Shown here: piece after piece, positions 37,701 through 46,291 of the stretch
Position numbering within the stretch: position 1 is the stretch's first letter
Layout: each line of letters opens with the position of its first letter
NCBI GenBank assembly: GCA_021780615.1
Contig: JAJXYJ010000006.1
Span: 1-62,593 of the forward strand
Direction: 5' to 3'
From: a bacterium
GTDB lineage: Bacteria; Patescibacteriota; Minisyncoccia; UBA6257; JAGOQP01
Length of the DNA stretch: 62,593 nt
Position numbers and translations under genes: made by a program
The notes under the pieces: model-generated
Databases searched by the model: none
Seen by the model: only the letters and a program-made list of their open reading frames with translations
Told to the model about the DNA's origin: nothing

Positions 37701-39677
37701 ATGGCATTTCATATATCAAAAAAACTTACTCCTGCCGGAGATCAACCACAGGCAATTAAAAAACTTGTGGCAGGATTTAAAAAAAATGTAGCCTATGAAA
37801 CGCTTTTAGGTGTTACCGGAAGCGGTAAAACGTTGACCATGGCCCATACCATACAACAACTCGGCAAACCAACGTTAGTTATATCGCATAACAAAACACT
37901 CGCCGCCCAGCTGTATGAGGAATTCAAGTCATATTTCCCTCACGACCATGTGCATTACTTTGTCTCCTATTATGATTATTATCAGCCAGAGGCATATCTA
38001 CCCAACTCCGATACCTACATAGAAAAAACAGCTCAAATTAATAAAGAAATAGAACAACTCCGCCATGCCGCCGTACAAAGCGTTCTTGAACATGACAACA
38101 CCATTATCATTGCTTCCGTATCATGTATTTATAACCTTGGCTCTCCGCAAACATTTCGCGCATCAAGTATTACCCTGCGCGTTGGTGATGAACTCAGTAG
38201 AAAAGATTTACTCAAACAACTTCTTGCACTTCAATATGAACGCAATGAATATGATTTTTGGCATGGAACATTTCGTCAACGAGATGAGTATATTGATTTC
38301 TGGCCACCGGGGGGCGATGTTATTATCCGTGCAAAAATAGAAGCGGGCGTACTCACCGAACTGCATGAGATGCAGGCGCCATTTGGCACGACTCGCCCCA
38401 TAACGCATATAAAGCTCTTCCCTTCAAAATTTTGGATATCCGAGGAACACATGCGCGACATTGCCATAGCCAATATTACACAAGACCTCACCGTGCAAGT
38501 TGGCGCACTTCAAAAAAAAGGAGCGATGCTTGAGGCTGAACGCCTCAAACGCCGTACCCGCTATGACATTGCACTCATTCGTGAGGTTGGATGGTGTAAA
38601 GGTGTTGAAAACTACACGCGTTATTTTGAGGGGCGCCCCGAAGGATCATCTCCTTTTACGCTCATGGATTATTTTCCCAAAGACTATCTCCTTATTGTTG
38701 ATGAATCTCATATGACCATTCCTCAAATTCGAGGAATGTACTTTGGTGACAAGTCTCGCAAAGAAACACTTGTCGCCCATGGTTTTCGACTTCCTTCCGC
38801 ATTGGATAATCGTCCGCTGACCTTTGAGGAATTTTCTGCAAAAACGCATATGTGTCTTTTTGCTTCAGCAACGCCAAGCGAGTATGAACTGAGTATATCA
38901 TCCTCTGTTGCCGAACAAATTGTACGTCCAACATTTTTACTTGACCCTGACATTGAAATTCGTCCCAACGCCGGACAAATTCCTGATCTGATTGAAGAAA
39001 TCATCAGACGTGCCGCCGCTCACGAACGCATATTAGTAACCGTACTTACCAAACGCCTCTCCGAAGCACTCGCCCAGCACCTCAAGGAAAAGAAAATAAA
39101 AGCGGTGTTTTTACACTCAGAAATAGACACTCTCGAACGCCCTAAAATTCTACGAGATCTACGACTTGGAAAATATGATGTCATTGTCGGTGTAAACTTG
39201 CTTCGAGAAGGGTTGGACCTTCCCGAAGTCTCACTGGTAGCAATTTTAGACGCTGATAAAGAAGGATTTTTACGCGATACCACGTCGTTTATTCAAATCG
39301 CCGGACGAGCAGCTAGACACTTACACGGACATGTCATTATGTATGCTGACACCATTACCACTTCTATTAAAAAAGCACTCTCTGAAACTGCGCGGCGCAG
39401 ACAGATTCAGGAAGCATATAATACCACGCACCATACGGTTCCCCGCCAAATTATAAAAAATATCGCTTACACACTTGAACAAGAGGTTGAAAAAGAAGAA
39501 GAGCAACCAATACAGAAAGAATTTGTCCGCGATTATCTTGCGGAATTAAAACAGAAACTTGAACTTGCACAGCGCAACCTGCAATTTGAAGAAGCGATTC
39601 GTCTCAAAGAAAAAATTGATGCAATCAAAAAAGAGCATGCATCAAAAAAAATTTCTCCAAAGAAGAAGAAACATTAA
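37701..39677 (+). CDS. uvrB: excinuclease ABC subunit B
   Basis: GDQPQAIKKL, GVTGSGKT, YVSYYDYYQPEAY, DESH, helicase C motifs and C-terminal UVR motif LQFEEAIRLKEKI. Confidence 0.97.
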   Translation: MAFHISKKLTPAGDQPQAIKKLVAGFKKNVAYETLLGVTGSGKTLTMAHTIQQLGKPTLVISHNKTLAAQLYEEFKSYFPHDHVHYFVSYYDYYQPEAYLPNSDTYIEKTAQINKEIEQLRHAAVQSVLEHDNTIIIASVSCIYNLGSPQTFRASSITLRVGDELSRKDLLKQLLALQYERNEYDFWHGTFRQRDEYIDFWPPGGDVIIRAKIEAGVLTELHEMQAPFGTTRPITHIKLFPSKFWISEEHMRDIAIANITQDLTVQVGALQKKGAMLEAERLKRRTRYDIALIREVGWCKGVENYTRYFEGRPEGSSPFTLMDYFPKDYLLIVDESHMTIPQIRGMYFGDKSRKETLVAHGFRLPSALDNRPLTFEEFSAKTHMCLFASATPSEYELSISSSVAEQIVRPTFLLDPDIEIRPNAGQIPDLIEEIIRRAAAHERILVTVLTKRLSEALAQHLKEKKIKAVFLHSEIDTLERPKILRDLRLGKYDVIVGVNLLREGLDLPEVSLVAILDADKEGFLRDTTSFIQIAGRAARHLHGHVIMYADTITTSIKKALSETARRRQIQEAYNTTHHTVPRQIIKNIAYTLEQEVEKEEEQPIQKEFVRDYLAELKQKLELAQRNLQFEEAIRLKEKIDAIKKEHASKKISPKKKKH

Positions 39678-40225
39678 AGTCCCCATGCAGACGCCTGCTC
39701 TTGCAGGGCGGCAATAACATGCCCTATGTGCTCTTCTAAAGGTACCCCTAATTCCTCTGCTCCCTGGTAAATATCTTCCCGGCTGACATTTGCCGCAAAT
39801 CTTTTTTCTTTCAAGCGCTTGGTAACCGATTGGACATCAACGTCGGCTAGTTTTTTGCTTGGTTTAATAAGCGCTACCGCCACAATAAATCCGCATAACT
39901 CATCAACAGCAAAAAGTGTTTTTGCCATACGCGTTTCGCGTGGTACCTGTGATGCATGCCCTAAAATCGCATCACTCATTTCATCATCGATTCCTTTATC
40001 TTTAAGGAATGCCACTGCCTGATACGGATGCCCCAAGGGACCCACGGTGGGATACTTTTCATAATCCATATCATGCAAAAGCCCTGTTATCCACCATCGA
40101 TCAGCATCCTGTCCTGTGTGTTTTGCATACCATTCCATAGCAGTTGCCACGGTATACATATGTGTCCGTAAACTGGGTGATCGTACCCAGATAGAAAGTA
40201 TTTCCATTGCTTCATTCCTTGTCAT
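39674..40225 (-). CDS. HD domain phosphohydrolase
   Basis: LRTHMYTVA...GLLHDMDYEKY (H...HD...D). Start at the ATG at 40225, because the longer ORF would run through the tRNA-like gene. Confidence 0.75.
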   Translation of the reverse strand: MTRNEAMEILSIWVRSPSLRTHMYTVATAMEWYAKHTGQDADRWWITGLLHDMDYEKYPTVGPLGHPYQAVAFLKDKGIDDEMSDAILGHASQVPRETRMAKTLFAVDELCGFIVAVALIKPSKKLADVDVQSVTKRLKEKRFAANVSREDIYQGAEELGVPLEEHIGHVIAALQEQASAWGL

Positions 40226-40238
40226 AGTGGTAATGCCA

Positions 40239-40266
40239 TTGACTTTAGCATGAAATCTGCTACTAT
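40239..40266 (+). promoter_or_regulatory. candidate promoter of the tRNA-like gene
   Basis: TTGACT-16 nt-TACTAT, ending 13 nt before the tRNA-like 5' end. Confidence 0.5.
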
Positions 40267-40279
40267 ACCAACCATTCTT

Positions 40280-40388
40280 GAGGCCATAGCTCAGTGGATA
40301 GTGCAAGAGCGGATATAATCCAATGCATTGAGAGCGGTCCCTTACGTATTATAGGGAACGGGCACAGGTTCGAATCCTGTTGGCTTCA
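40280..40388 (+). tRNA. atypical tRNA-like gene (Arg-ACG-like backbone) with a 31-nt insertion in the D arm and a 12-nt anticodon loop; possibly a pseudogene
   Basis: Canonical GAGGCCA/TGGCTTC acceptor (G3:U70 wobble), TAGCTCAGTGGATAG, ACAGG-TTCGAAT-CCTGT T arm, and its own promoter and terminator. Deleting 40302-40332 restores GCTC-AGTGGATA-GAGC. The loop is TTACGTATTATA. Confidence 0.5.
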
Positions 40389-40420
40389 CGCAGTACATTA
40401 AAATTCACTCAATCCTCTAG

Positions 40421-40453
40421 TTGCCTGTTCAAGCATCGATCAGGCAATTTTTT
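40421..40453 (+). terminator. intrinsic terminator after the tRNA-like gene
   Basis: TTGCCTG-13 nt loop-CAGGCAA followed by T6. Confidence 0.65.
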
Positions 40454-40507
40454 ATACCTATGACGTCCGCCTTTATTGCTAAAATATATTTCTCCCTGTA
40501 GGATGGA

Positions 40508-41653
40508 ATGCATATGATTTCATTTTCTATTATTAAAAAATCAAAAAAGAGTAAGGCACGATTAGGAATCCTTTCTACGCCCCATGGCGACGTTGAAACC
40601 CCTGCATTTGTTGGTGTTGCCACACAAGCGACCGTTAAAACGCTTACCAGCGACGAGGTACGCACGGTGGGCACGCAACTATTGATTGCTAATACCTATC
40701 ATTTACATATTCGGCCCGGCGAAGATGTCATTAAAAAACAAAAGGGCATTCACACCTTCATGCACTGGGATCGGCCTATGATGACTGACTCGGGAGGATT
40801 TCAGGTATTTAGCCTCGGATTTGGAAAAGATCACGGTACAGGAAAAATTTTAAAACAAAAACGTGATCTTCAAATTACTGACGGCCAGCAACCACAACAT
40901 ATAAAAATCACCGATGATGGTGTTACTTTTAAATCGTATGTTGATGGTCGTACATTATTTTTAGGCCCTCAAGAATCAATACATATTCAACAAAAAATCG
41001 GAGCAGATATCATATTTGCATTCGATGAATGCACTTCTCCTTTAGCTGATCACATCTACAACGCCAAAGCACTCCAACGCACTCATCGCTGGGCGCGCAC
41101 CTGCATAAACACAAAAACATCCGCACAAGCCTTATACGGCATCGTACAAGGAGGAAAATTTAAGGATCTCCGTCAAGAAAGCGCTCGGTATATCGGATCA
41201 CTCCCCTTTGATGGTTTTGGCATTGGCGGAGAATTTGGTGATAGTAAACAGACCATGAGTGCGATGCTTCGTTGGACGCTTCAAGAACTTCCCGAAACAA
41301 AACCGCGACATCTTTTAGGCATTGGCCATATCGCCGATATTGAACGCATTATAAAAACAGGAGTAGATACCTTTGATTGTATTACTCCAACGCACTACGC
41401 ACGCCACGGATACGCTTTCACCTCACAGGGAAAAATTGATCTAAAAAAATCAGAACATCGTAACAGTACACGACCTCTCGATCCACACTGCTCATGCTTC
41501 GTTTGTACGACTCCTTATACCCGATCCTACATACATCACCTTCTTAAAGCATACGAAATCACCCCTCTTAAACTCCTTACCATTCACAATCTTCATTTCT
41601 TTAATGCGTATGTTGCTCGCGTACGAGAAAAAATAAAAAAGGGACTTCTATGA
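40508..41653 (+). CDS. tgt: queuine tRNA-ribosyltransferase
   Basis: TPHGDVETPAFVGVATQATVK, MTDSGGFQV, LGIGHIADI, zinc site CSCFVCTTPYTRSYIHHL. Confidence 0.95.
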   Translation: MHMISFSIIKKSKKSKARLGILSTPHGDVETPAFVGVATQATVKTLTSDEVRTVGTQLLIANTYHLHIRPGEDVIKKQKGIHTFMHWDRPMMTDSGGFQVFSLGFGKDHGTGKILKQKRDLQITDGQQPQHIKITDDGVTFKSYVDGRTLFLGPQESIHIQQKIGADIIFAFDECTSPLADHIYNAKALQRTHRWARTCINTKTSAQALYGIVQGGKFKDLRQESARYIGSLPFDGFGIGGEFGDSKQTMSAMLRWTLQELPETKPRHLLGIGHIADIERIIKTGVDTFDCITPTHYARHGYAFTSQGKIDLKKSEHRNSTRPLDPHCSCFVCTTPYTRSYIHHLLKAYEITPLKLLTIHNLHFFNAYVARVREKIKKGLL

Positions 41654-42689
41654 CCGAACGGCAATTTCAGGCGCGTATAGCGCAATACGATTATTCATTT
41701 CCACCCGATGCTATCGCGGATAAACCGGCAATTCCCCGTGATAGCGCTTGTCTGCTCATATACAATCGGACTCGCGATATGATCGCCCAAGATACTTTTT
41801 TACACCTCGATCGCTACCTTCCTTCGGGCGCAGTATTGGTATTTAATCAAACAAAAGTGATTCCCGCTCGCCTTGCTGTAACCAAAGAAACGGGTGGAAA
41901 AGCGATTATAACGTATCTGGAAACAATACATGGGCTGTGGAAAGTACTTGCAGATAGGCGCCTTGTCATCACCTCAAAACTTTTCATAGCCTCAGGATAT
42001 GTATGTAGAGTAGAAAAACAAGAAGGAAAGTATTTTTATCTCAAACCACTTTTTGATGAAAAAAACGTGACGCTGTTTTTATTCGTTGGGGAACAATGCC
42101 ACTACCACCCTACATTCACAATCCCCACCTGACTGAAAAGCAAAAACGCTCATACTACCAAACAATTTTTGCAACACAATCAGGATCGGTTGCCGCACCA
42201 ACCGCATCACTTCATTTTACTTCCCGTGTTTTAAAAAAACTTTCAACTCGGGGTATTGATATGGCATACATAACGCTCCATGTGGGATTGGGAACATTTG
42301 CGCCATTAGAAAAACATCACCTGGTGCATAAAAAACTTCACGAAGAATCTTATACGATTGATGCGGCAACAGCGCGCCTTTTAAATACCGCACATGCCGC
42401 AGGAAGACCCATTATTCCCGTGGGCACCACATCGCTACGAGCACTAGAATCAGCATATCAGCACAGACATGTTCAATCAGGCAGTGGCACTACCCATTTA
42501 TTTATCACTGAATCATACCGCCATCGCGTTGCCAGCGGCATTATCACCAACTTTCACGTTCCTCGTTCATCACTTTTGATGCTGGCTAGCTCATTTACCG
42601 GAAGAAAAAAGATGTTGGAGCTGTATCAGCACGCGCTGGAGCGCGAATTCAAATTTTTTTCGTTCGGAGACGGGATGCTGATTGTTTAA
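41650..42689 (+). pseudogene. queA: S-adenosylmethionine:tRNA ribosyltransferase-isomerase split into two frames (frameshift at an A7 run; error, pseudogene or -1 recoding)
   Basis: ORF 41650..42132 holds the QueA N-terminus (FDYSFPPDAIADKPAIPRDSACLLIY). ORF 42096..42689 in the -1 frame begins at the conserved MPLPPYI. The frames meet at GA A_AAA_AAC (42059-42066). Confidence 0.85.
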
Positions 42690-42728
42690 TTGACAACATT
42701 GCTGTAATATTTTTTCTGTAGACACGAT

Positions 42729-42757
42729 TTGACATTTTTGTACATGTAAGATATAAT
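42729..42757 (+). promoter_or_regulatory. perfect consensus sigma-70 promoter
   Basis: TTGACA (42729-42734), exactly 17 nt, TATAAT (42752-42757). Confidence 0.6.
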
Positions 42758-42763
42758 CTTCTC

Positions 42764-42852
42764 ACACGTTGTATTAACGTAAAACAAAAAGGGCCTAATT
42801 CTTGGTATTTTGTACCACCTCGCAGACAATGCATGATAAGAGGTGGTTTTTT
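42764..42852 (+). ncRNA. candidate small RNA of about 90 nt (consensus promoter to intrinsic terminator)
   Basis: 5' hairpin ACGTT-GTATT-AACGT, an A-rich tract, then terminator CCACCTC-18 nt-GAGGTGG plus T6 (42815-42852). No plus-strand CDS follows. No family recognised. Confidence 0.35.
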
Positions 42853-43519
42853 ATTGAAAATCAACCAGAACAACAAATTCTCCTTTTTCTAACTTTGTAT
42901 CACTCACAAAACAATTTAACACCTCCGCGGGAGTTCCTTCAAGGTATGCCTCATGTATTTTTGTCATTTCTTTGGCAACGCATACAAAACAATCGGGAAC
43001 GGCTTCGTAAAGAGCGGTCATTGTTTTGACAATTCTAAATGTTGATTCAAAAAAAACCAGCACTGTTTGCTGCATGCTATATTTCTCAAACATATGCTTC
43101 AGCTGCCCGGCTTTCTTGGGAGGAAAACTAATGAAGGTGAATTCTTTTGCCCGGATGCCCGAAGCGGCAATGGCGCTTGCCAAGGCTGAGGGTCCTGGGA
43201 TAACGGCAATAGCAATCCCCGCTTTACGTGCGGCGCGTACCAATCCCGCTCCTGGATCACTAATCCCCGGCATACCAGCTGAGGTAACAAATGCCGCATT
43301 ATTTTTTTTAAGCACCTCAAGAATAGCCGGCATTGCTGACGTTGCATTCTTTTCGTTATATTTTATGAATTTTTTTCCCTTAATCCCCAATATATTCAGT
43401 AATTTTTGAGAATCAGCAATACTTTCCATAATAATAACATCAACATCAGTCAGTGTTTTTCTCATGCGATCAGAAATATCACCTAAATTCCCTATGGGTG
43501 TTCCCACAATATAAAGCAT
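42851..43519 (-). CDS. rsmI: 16S rRNA (cytidine1402-2'-O)-methyltransferase
   Basis: MLYIVGTPIGNLGDISDRMRKTLTDVDVIIMES...SAGMPGISDPG. Confidence 0.9.
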   Translation of the reverse strand: MLYIVGTPIGNLGDISDRMRKTLTDVDVIIMESIADSQKLLNILGIKGKKFIKYNEKNATSAMPAILEVLKKNNAAFVTSAGMPGISDPGAGLVRAARKAGIAIAVIPGPSALASAIAASGIRAKEFTFISFPPKKAGQLKHMFEKYSMQQTVLVFFESTFRIVKTMTALYEAVPDCFVCVAKEMTKIHEAYLEGTPAEVLNCFVSDTKLEKGEFVVLVDFQ

Positions 43520-43603
43520 ATGAGTATAGTATATAGTATTAAGCATTAAGTATTAAGTGTAAGTGGTAAATATGTATGGTAAAAAGTTAGAGAATAAAAA
43601 TAT

Positions 43604-43639
43604 CCACTAAAAAACGCCTTAGTGGGCGTTTTTTAGTGG
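43604..43639 (-). terminator. long hairpin terminator
   Basis: CCACTAAAAAACGCC-TTAGTG-GGCGTTTTTTAGTGG, a 15-bp perfect stem 8 nt after the stop at 43647. Confidence 0.7.
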
Positions 43640-43646
43640 AAAGATA

Positions 43647-43856
43647 TTATTTCTCTGGATTCCCAAATGGATCTTCAATTTTATTTTTTGCTTTTTCTTC
43701 GTATTCGCTTTTTGAAATCATTGAGCCGCTCGCCTGATCGAATACAAGTTCTTCGACGTGCTCATCACCTCCTTCGTTTTCATTGCCCCCGCCTCCACCT
43801 TGAGTGGATTCAATTTCTGCAGCAGGTTTAGGAGAGACATCTTCTTTTCCAAACAT
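43647..43856 (-). CDS. hypothetical small acidic Gly/Glu-rich protein
   Basis: 69-aa ORF with its own terminator. No motif. Confidence 0.45.
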   Translation of the reverse strand: MFGKEDVSPKPAAEIESTQGGGGGNENEGGDEHVEELVFDQASGSMISKSEYEEKAKNKIEDPFGNPEK

Positions 43857-43891
43857 AGAATAATAGTATTAATTGTTATTTTTATATGCAC

Positions 43892-43920
43892 TTGACTTTA
43901 TGCATATTTTGTTTTATTAT
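43892..43920 (+). promoter_or_regulatory. candidate promoter of the ClpP-like gene, bracketed by a 10-bp inverted repeat
   Basis: TTGACT-17 nt-TATTAT. ACTTGACTTT (43890-43899) and AAAGTCAAGT (43937-43946) are exact inverted copies. Confidence 0.5.
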
Positions 43921-44004
43921 ACTCTTCCTTGGTGTAAAAGTCAAGTATTAGCACATGAAAAAATAAAATATACATCACCCTAAACTGACCGAAAGGAGAC
44001 TTTT

Positions 44005-44562
44005 ATGATAGTATTAAGTGAGGCTTTTGGAGGGAGTCTGAAAATGGCTCTTCTTCTTAAAAGAAAGCTCATCCTTCAAAATGACATCAATGGAGCAACT
44101 GTTGATTATTTCATTGAAGGACTAGAGTTTTTGTCGTCCGAGGATCCACATCTTCCTGTTACTATTGTTATTGGATCATCGGGAGGATCTGCCGAAGCGG
44201 GCCTAAGAATTTATGATGCTGTGAAAAATTCGGGACTGATGGTTATTGGAACAGTAAAGTCACTTGCCAATTCTATGGCAAGCATCGTATTGCAAGCATG
44301 CAATAAAAGAGAAATATATCCGCATGCAAACATTCTTATTCATTCGATTGATGTCACCAGAAATATATACGATGTTAAAAATCGATTGGAAGAGGTGACT
44401 AAAAAAGCAACATACTTTCAAAATCAAATAGAAGGAATTCTTCAAGAGAGGACAAAAATGTCCCGAGAAGATATTACCAGAATCATGAATATGGGGAGTG
44501 ATGGTAAGTCATTTTCTGCGCATGAAGCGCTAGAAAAAGGACTTGTTGATACAATTTTATAA
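44005..44562 (+). CDS. ClpP-family serine protease homologue (stand-alone)
   Basis: SD AAAGGAG 7 nt upstream. IVIGSSGGSAEAGLRIYDAV...SLANSMASIVLQAC..R...P.ANILIHS parallels ClpP INSPGG...AASMG...IHQP. Confidence 0.75.
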   Translation: MIVLSEAFGGSLKMALLLKRKLILQNDINGATVDYFIEGLEFLSSEDPHLPVTIVIGSSGGSAEAGLRIYDAVKNSGLMVIGTVKSLANSMASIVLQACNKREIYPHANILIHSIDVTRNIYDVKNRLEEVTKKATYFQNQIEGILQERTKMSREDITRIMNMGSDGKSFSAHEALEKGLVDTIL

Positions 44563-44565
44563 GTA

Positions 44566-44591
44566 AAGCGGGGTTACTCCCCGCTTTTTTT
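44566..44591 (+). terminator. intrinsic terminator of the ClpP-like gene
   Basis: AGCGGGG-TTACT-CCCCGCT followed by a T run. Confidence 0.85.
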
Positions 44592-44658
44592 ATTGTATCT
44601 ATATTAAAAACCATCTTTTAAATAGATGGTTTTTAAATACGAATATACATTCTTTTAC

Positions 44659-44952
44659 TTATCCGTGTTTTTTAACAAACTCAAACAGCATATCGCATGA
44701 TTTGAGAATTGATTGATCGGTAAGACGGTAGTAAATACTTGTTCCCTCTCGACGCATTTTTACCAAGTTAGTGTGCCTCAGAAGCGTCAAATGTTGAGAT
44801 ACATTTGTATTGCGAATACCTAACTCCTGAGCGAGTCCTTCAACCGACTTTTCTCCCGCTCCAAGAATAATAAGAATCGCCAATCGTTTGGCATTTGCTA
44901 AAATTCGGTATAATTCAGCACTTTTTTCGTATTTATCAAAATTTTGTTTCAT
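44659..44952 (-). CDS. ArsR/SmtB family transcriptional regulator
   Basis: ELYRILANAKRLAILIILGAGEKSVEGLAQELGIRNTNVSQHLTLLRHTNLVKMRREG. Confidence 0.88.
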   Translation of the reverse strand: MKQNFDKYEKSAELYRILANAKRLAILIILGAGEKSVEGLAQELGIRNTNVSQHLTLLRHTNLVKMRREGTSIYYRLTDQSILKSCDMLFEFVKKHG

Positions 44953-45124
44953 AGACGTATAGTTTCCGTATATACGAACATATTTTTTATGCGACTCCTA
45001 TGTACTACACTCATATCTCTTTTTTCTTTCGCTCACGTACATAATACATATAATGATAGATAATCACAATATAAACATATATAGTATCAGATATATCATA
45101 TATACGATATACACGTATGGTTTT

Positions 45125-45979
45125 CTATGTGGGTTTAATCAATGACCGCACTCGTTCGATGTTTTTCTTATCAGGTCCTTTGCCGTCAAACCCGGGAACT
45201 TCTAAAATAAGAGGTACCTGCCGCAACGCAGGATGATTTATAAAGCGCGCCAATCCTTTGGCTCCTATGCATCCCTCCCCTATGTTTTCATGACGATCAC
45301 GTTTTGAGCCGGCTGGCGTCTTGCTGTCATTAAGATGCACTGCCCACAGAGCATCTTTCCCAAGTTCGTGATTGATCTTTTTTATAAAAACATCAATGGC
45401 ACTGTCGCTAAAATCAGAAAGGAGTCCCGATTCAAAGGCATGCGCGGTATCAATGCATACGCCCACCCGTTCACTGTGTACCTCTTTGTAAATAGATGCT
45501 ATTTCTTCGATTGTATCACCAACCAAATTTCCCGCACCAGCATTATTTTCAATAATAACATTTCCCTCTTCTGTATTATCAAGAATGGCACGCAGAGCAC
45601 GAACAACCATGTCTCGCGCTTCATCCTTAGGACGCTCTCCTCGTGAACCGATATGAAAAATAACGCCTCGCGCGCCGAGCACCGCCGCAATGGCGGTATG
45701 TTTTTGGAGAAGCGTTCGTGACATTGCCGCAAGCTCTCCTTTGGGACTTGCCAGATTGATAAGATAAGGAGCGTGTAAAAAAATGGGCGTAATATCACGC
45801 ATCGTACATTCTTTTTTAAAGGCATCAGTATCTTCTTTGACGGGAAGTTCTGCGCGCCATTGTACCGGTGAGGCTCCAAATATCTGGATAGTGTTTGCTC
45901 CTATGGCTTGGGCGCGATCAAGAGCAGCAAGAAATCCTCCCGCTGATGATACGTGTCCTCCTATGCGACGTTTTATCAT
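45125..45979 (-). CDS. nfo: deoxyribonuclease IV (endonuclease IV)
   Basis: IGGHVSSAGG, HAPYLINLAS, IIENNAG, CIDTAHAF, HLNDSK. Confidence 0.93.
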   Translation of the reverse strand: MIKRRIGGHVSSAGGFLAALDRAQAIGANTIQIFGASPVQWRAELPVKEDTDAFKKECTMRDITPIFLHAPYLINLASPKGELAAMSRTLLQKHTAIAAVLGARGVIFHIGSRGERPKDEARDMVVRALRAILDNTEEGNVIIENNAGAGNLVGDTIEEIASIYKEVHSERVGVCIDTAHAFESGLLSDFSDSAIDVFIKKINHELGKDALWAVHLNDSKTPAGSKRDRHENIGEGCIGAKGLARFINHPALRQVPLILEVPGFDGKGPDKKNIERVRSLIKPT

Positions 45980-46006
45980 GCGTGTGCCAATAACTATGAT
46001 TATTTG

Positions 46007-46270
46007 CTATACGCCTTCATTTCCCGAAGTTTCCGATGACTTGAGCTTCTGAGCAATTCCTTCTGCTTCATCTTTATGACGCGCTAATACTGCCATCATT
46101 GCCGCCATTTGATCTTTTCCTGTCGCCATTTCTTGTTGCATTTCTTTGGCCACCATTTCAAAAAATTGAGGGTTTTTCATAACCGCTTCTACAATTTTAT
46201 TTTTCTGTGCTTCGGGAACCCCCTGCATTTGACGATCAATCATTTTTTTTATAAAAAATTCTTTTATCAT
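46007..46270 (-). CDS. hypothetical small helical protein
   Basis: 87-aa M/Q/K/E-rich ORF. No motif. Confidence 0.45.
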   Translation of the reverse strand: MIKEFFIKKMIDRQMQGVPEAQKNKIVEAVMKNPQFFEMVAKEMQQEMATGKDQMAAMMAVLARHKDEAEGIAQKLKSSETSGNEGV

Positions 46271-46291
46271 AGTATAGTGTATATGTATATA

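Noticed and set aside
42766-42800. preQ1-I riboswitch next to the queuosine genes tgt-queA (hairpin plus A-rich tail)
   Set aside because: The loop is only 5 nt and lacks the conserved loop residues. The element is downstream rather than upstream of the que genes, and no regulated ORF follows it.
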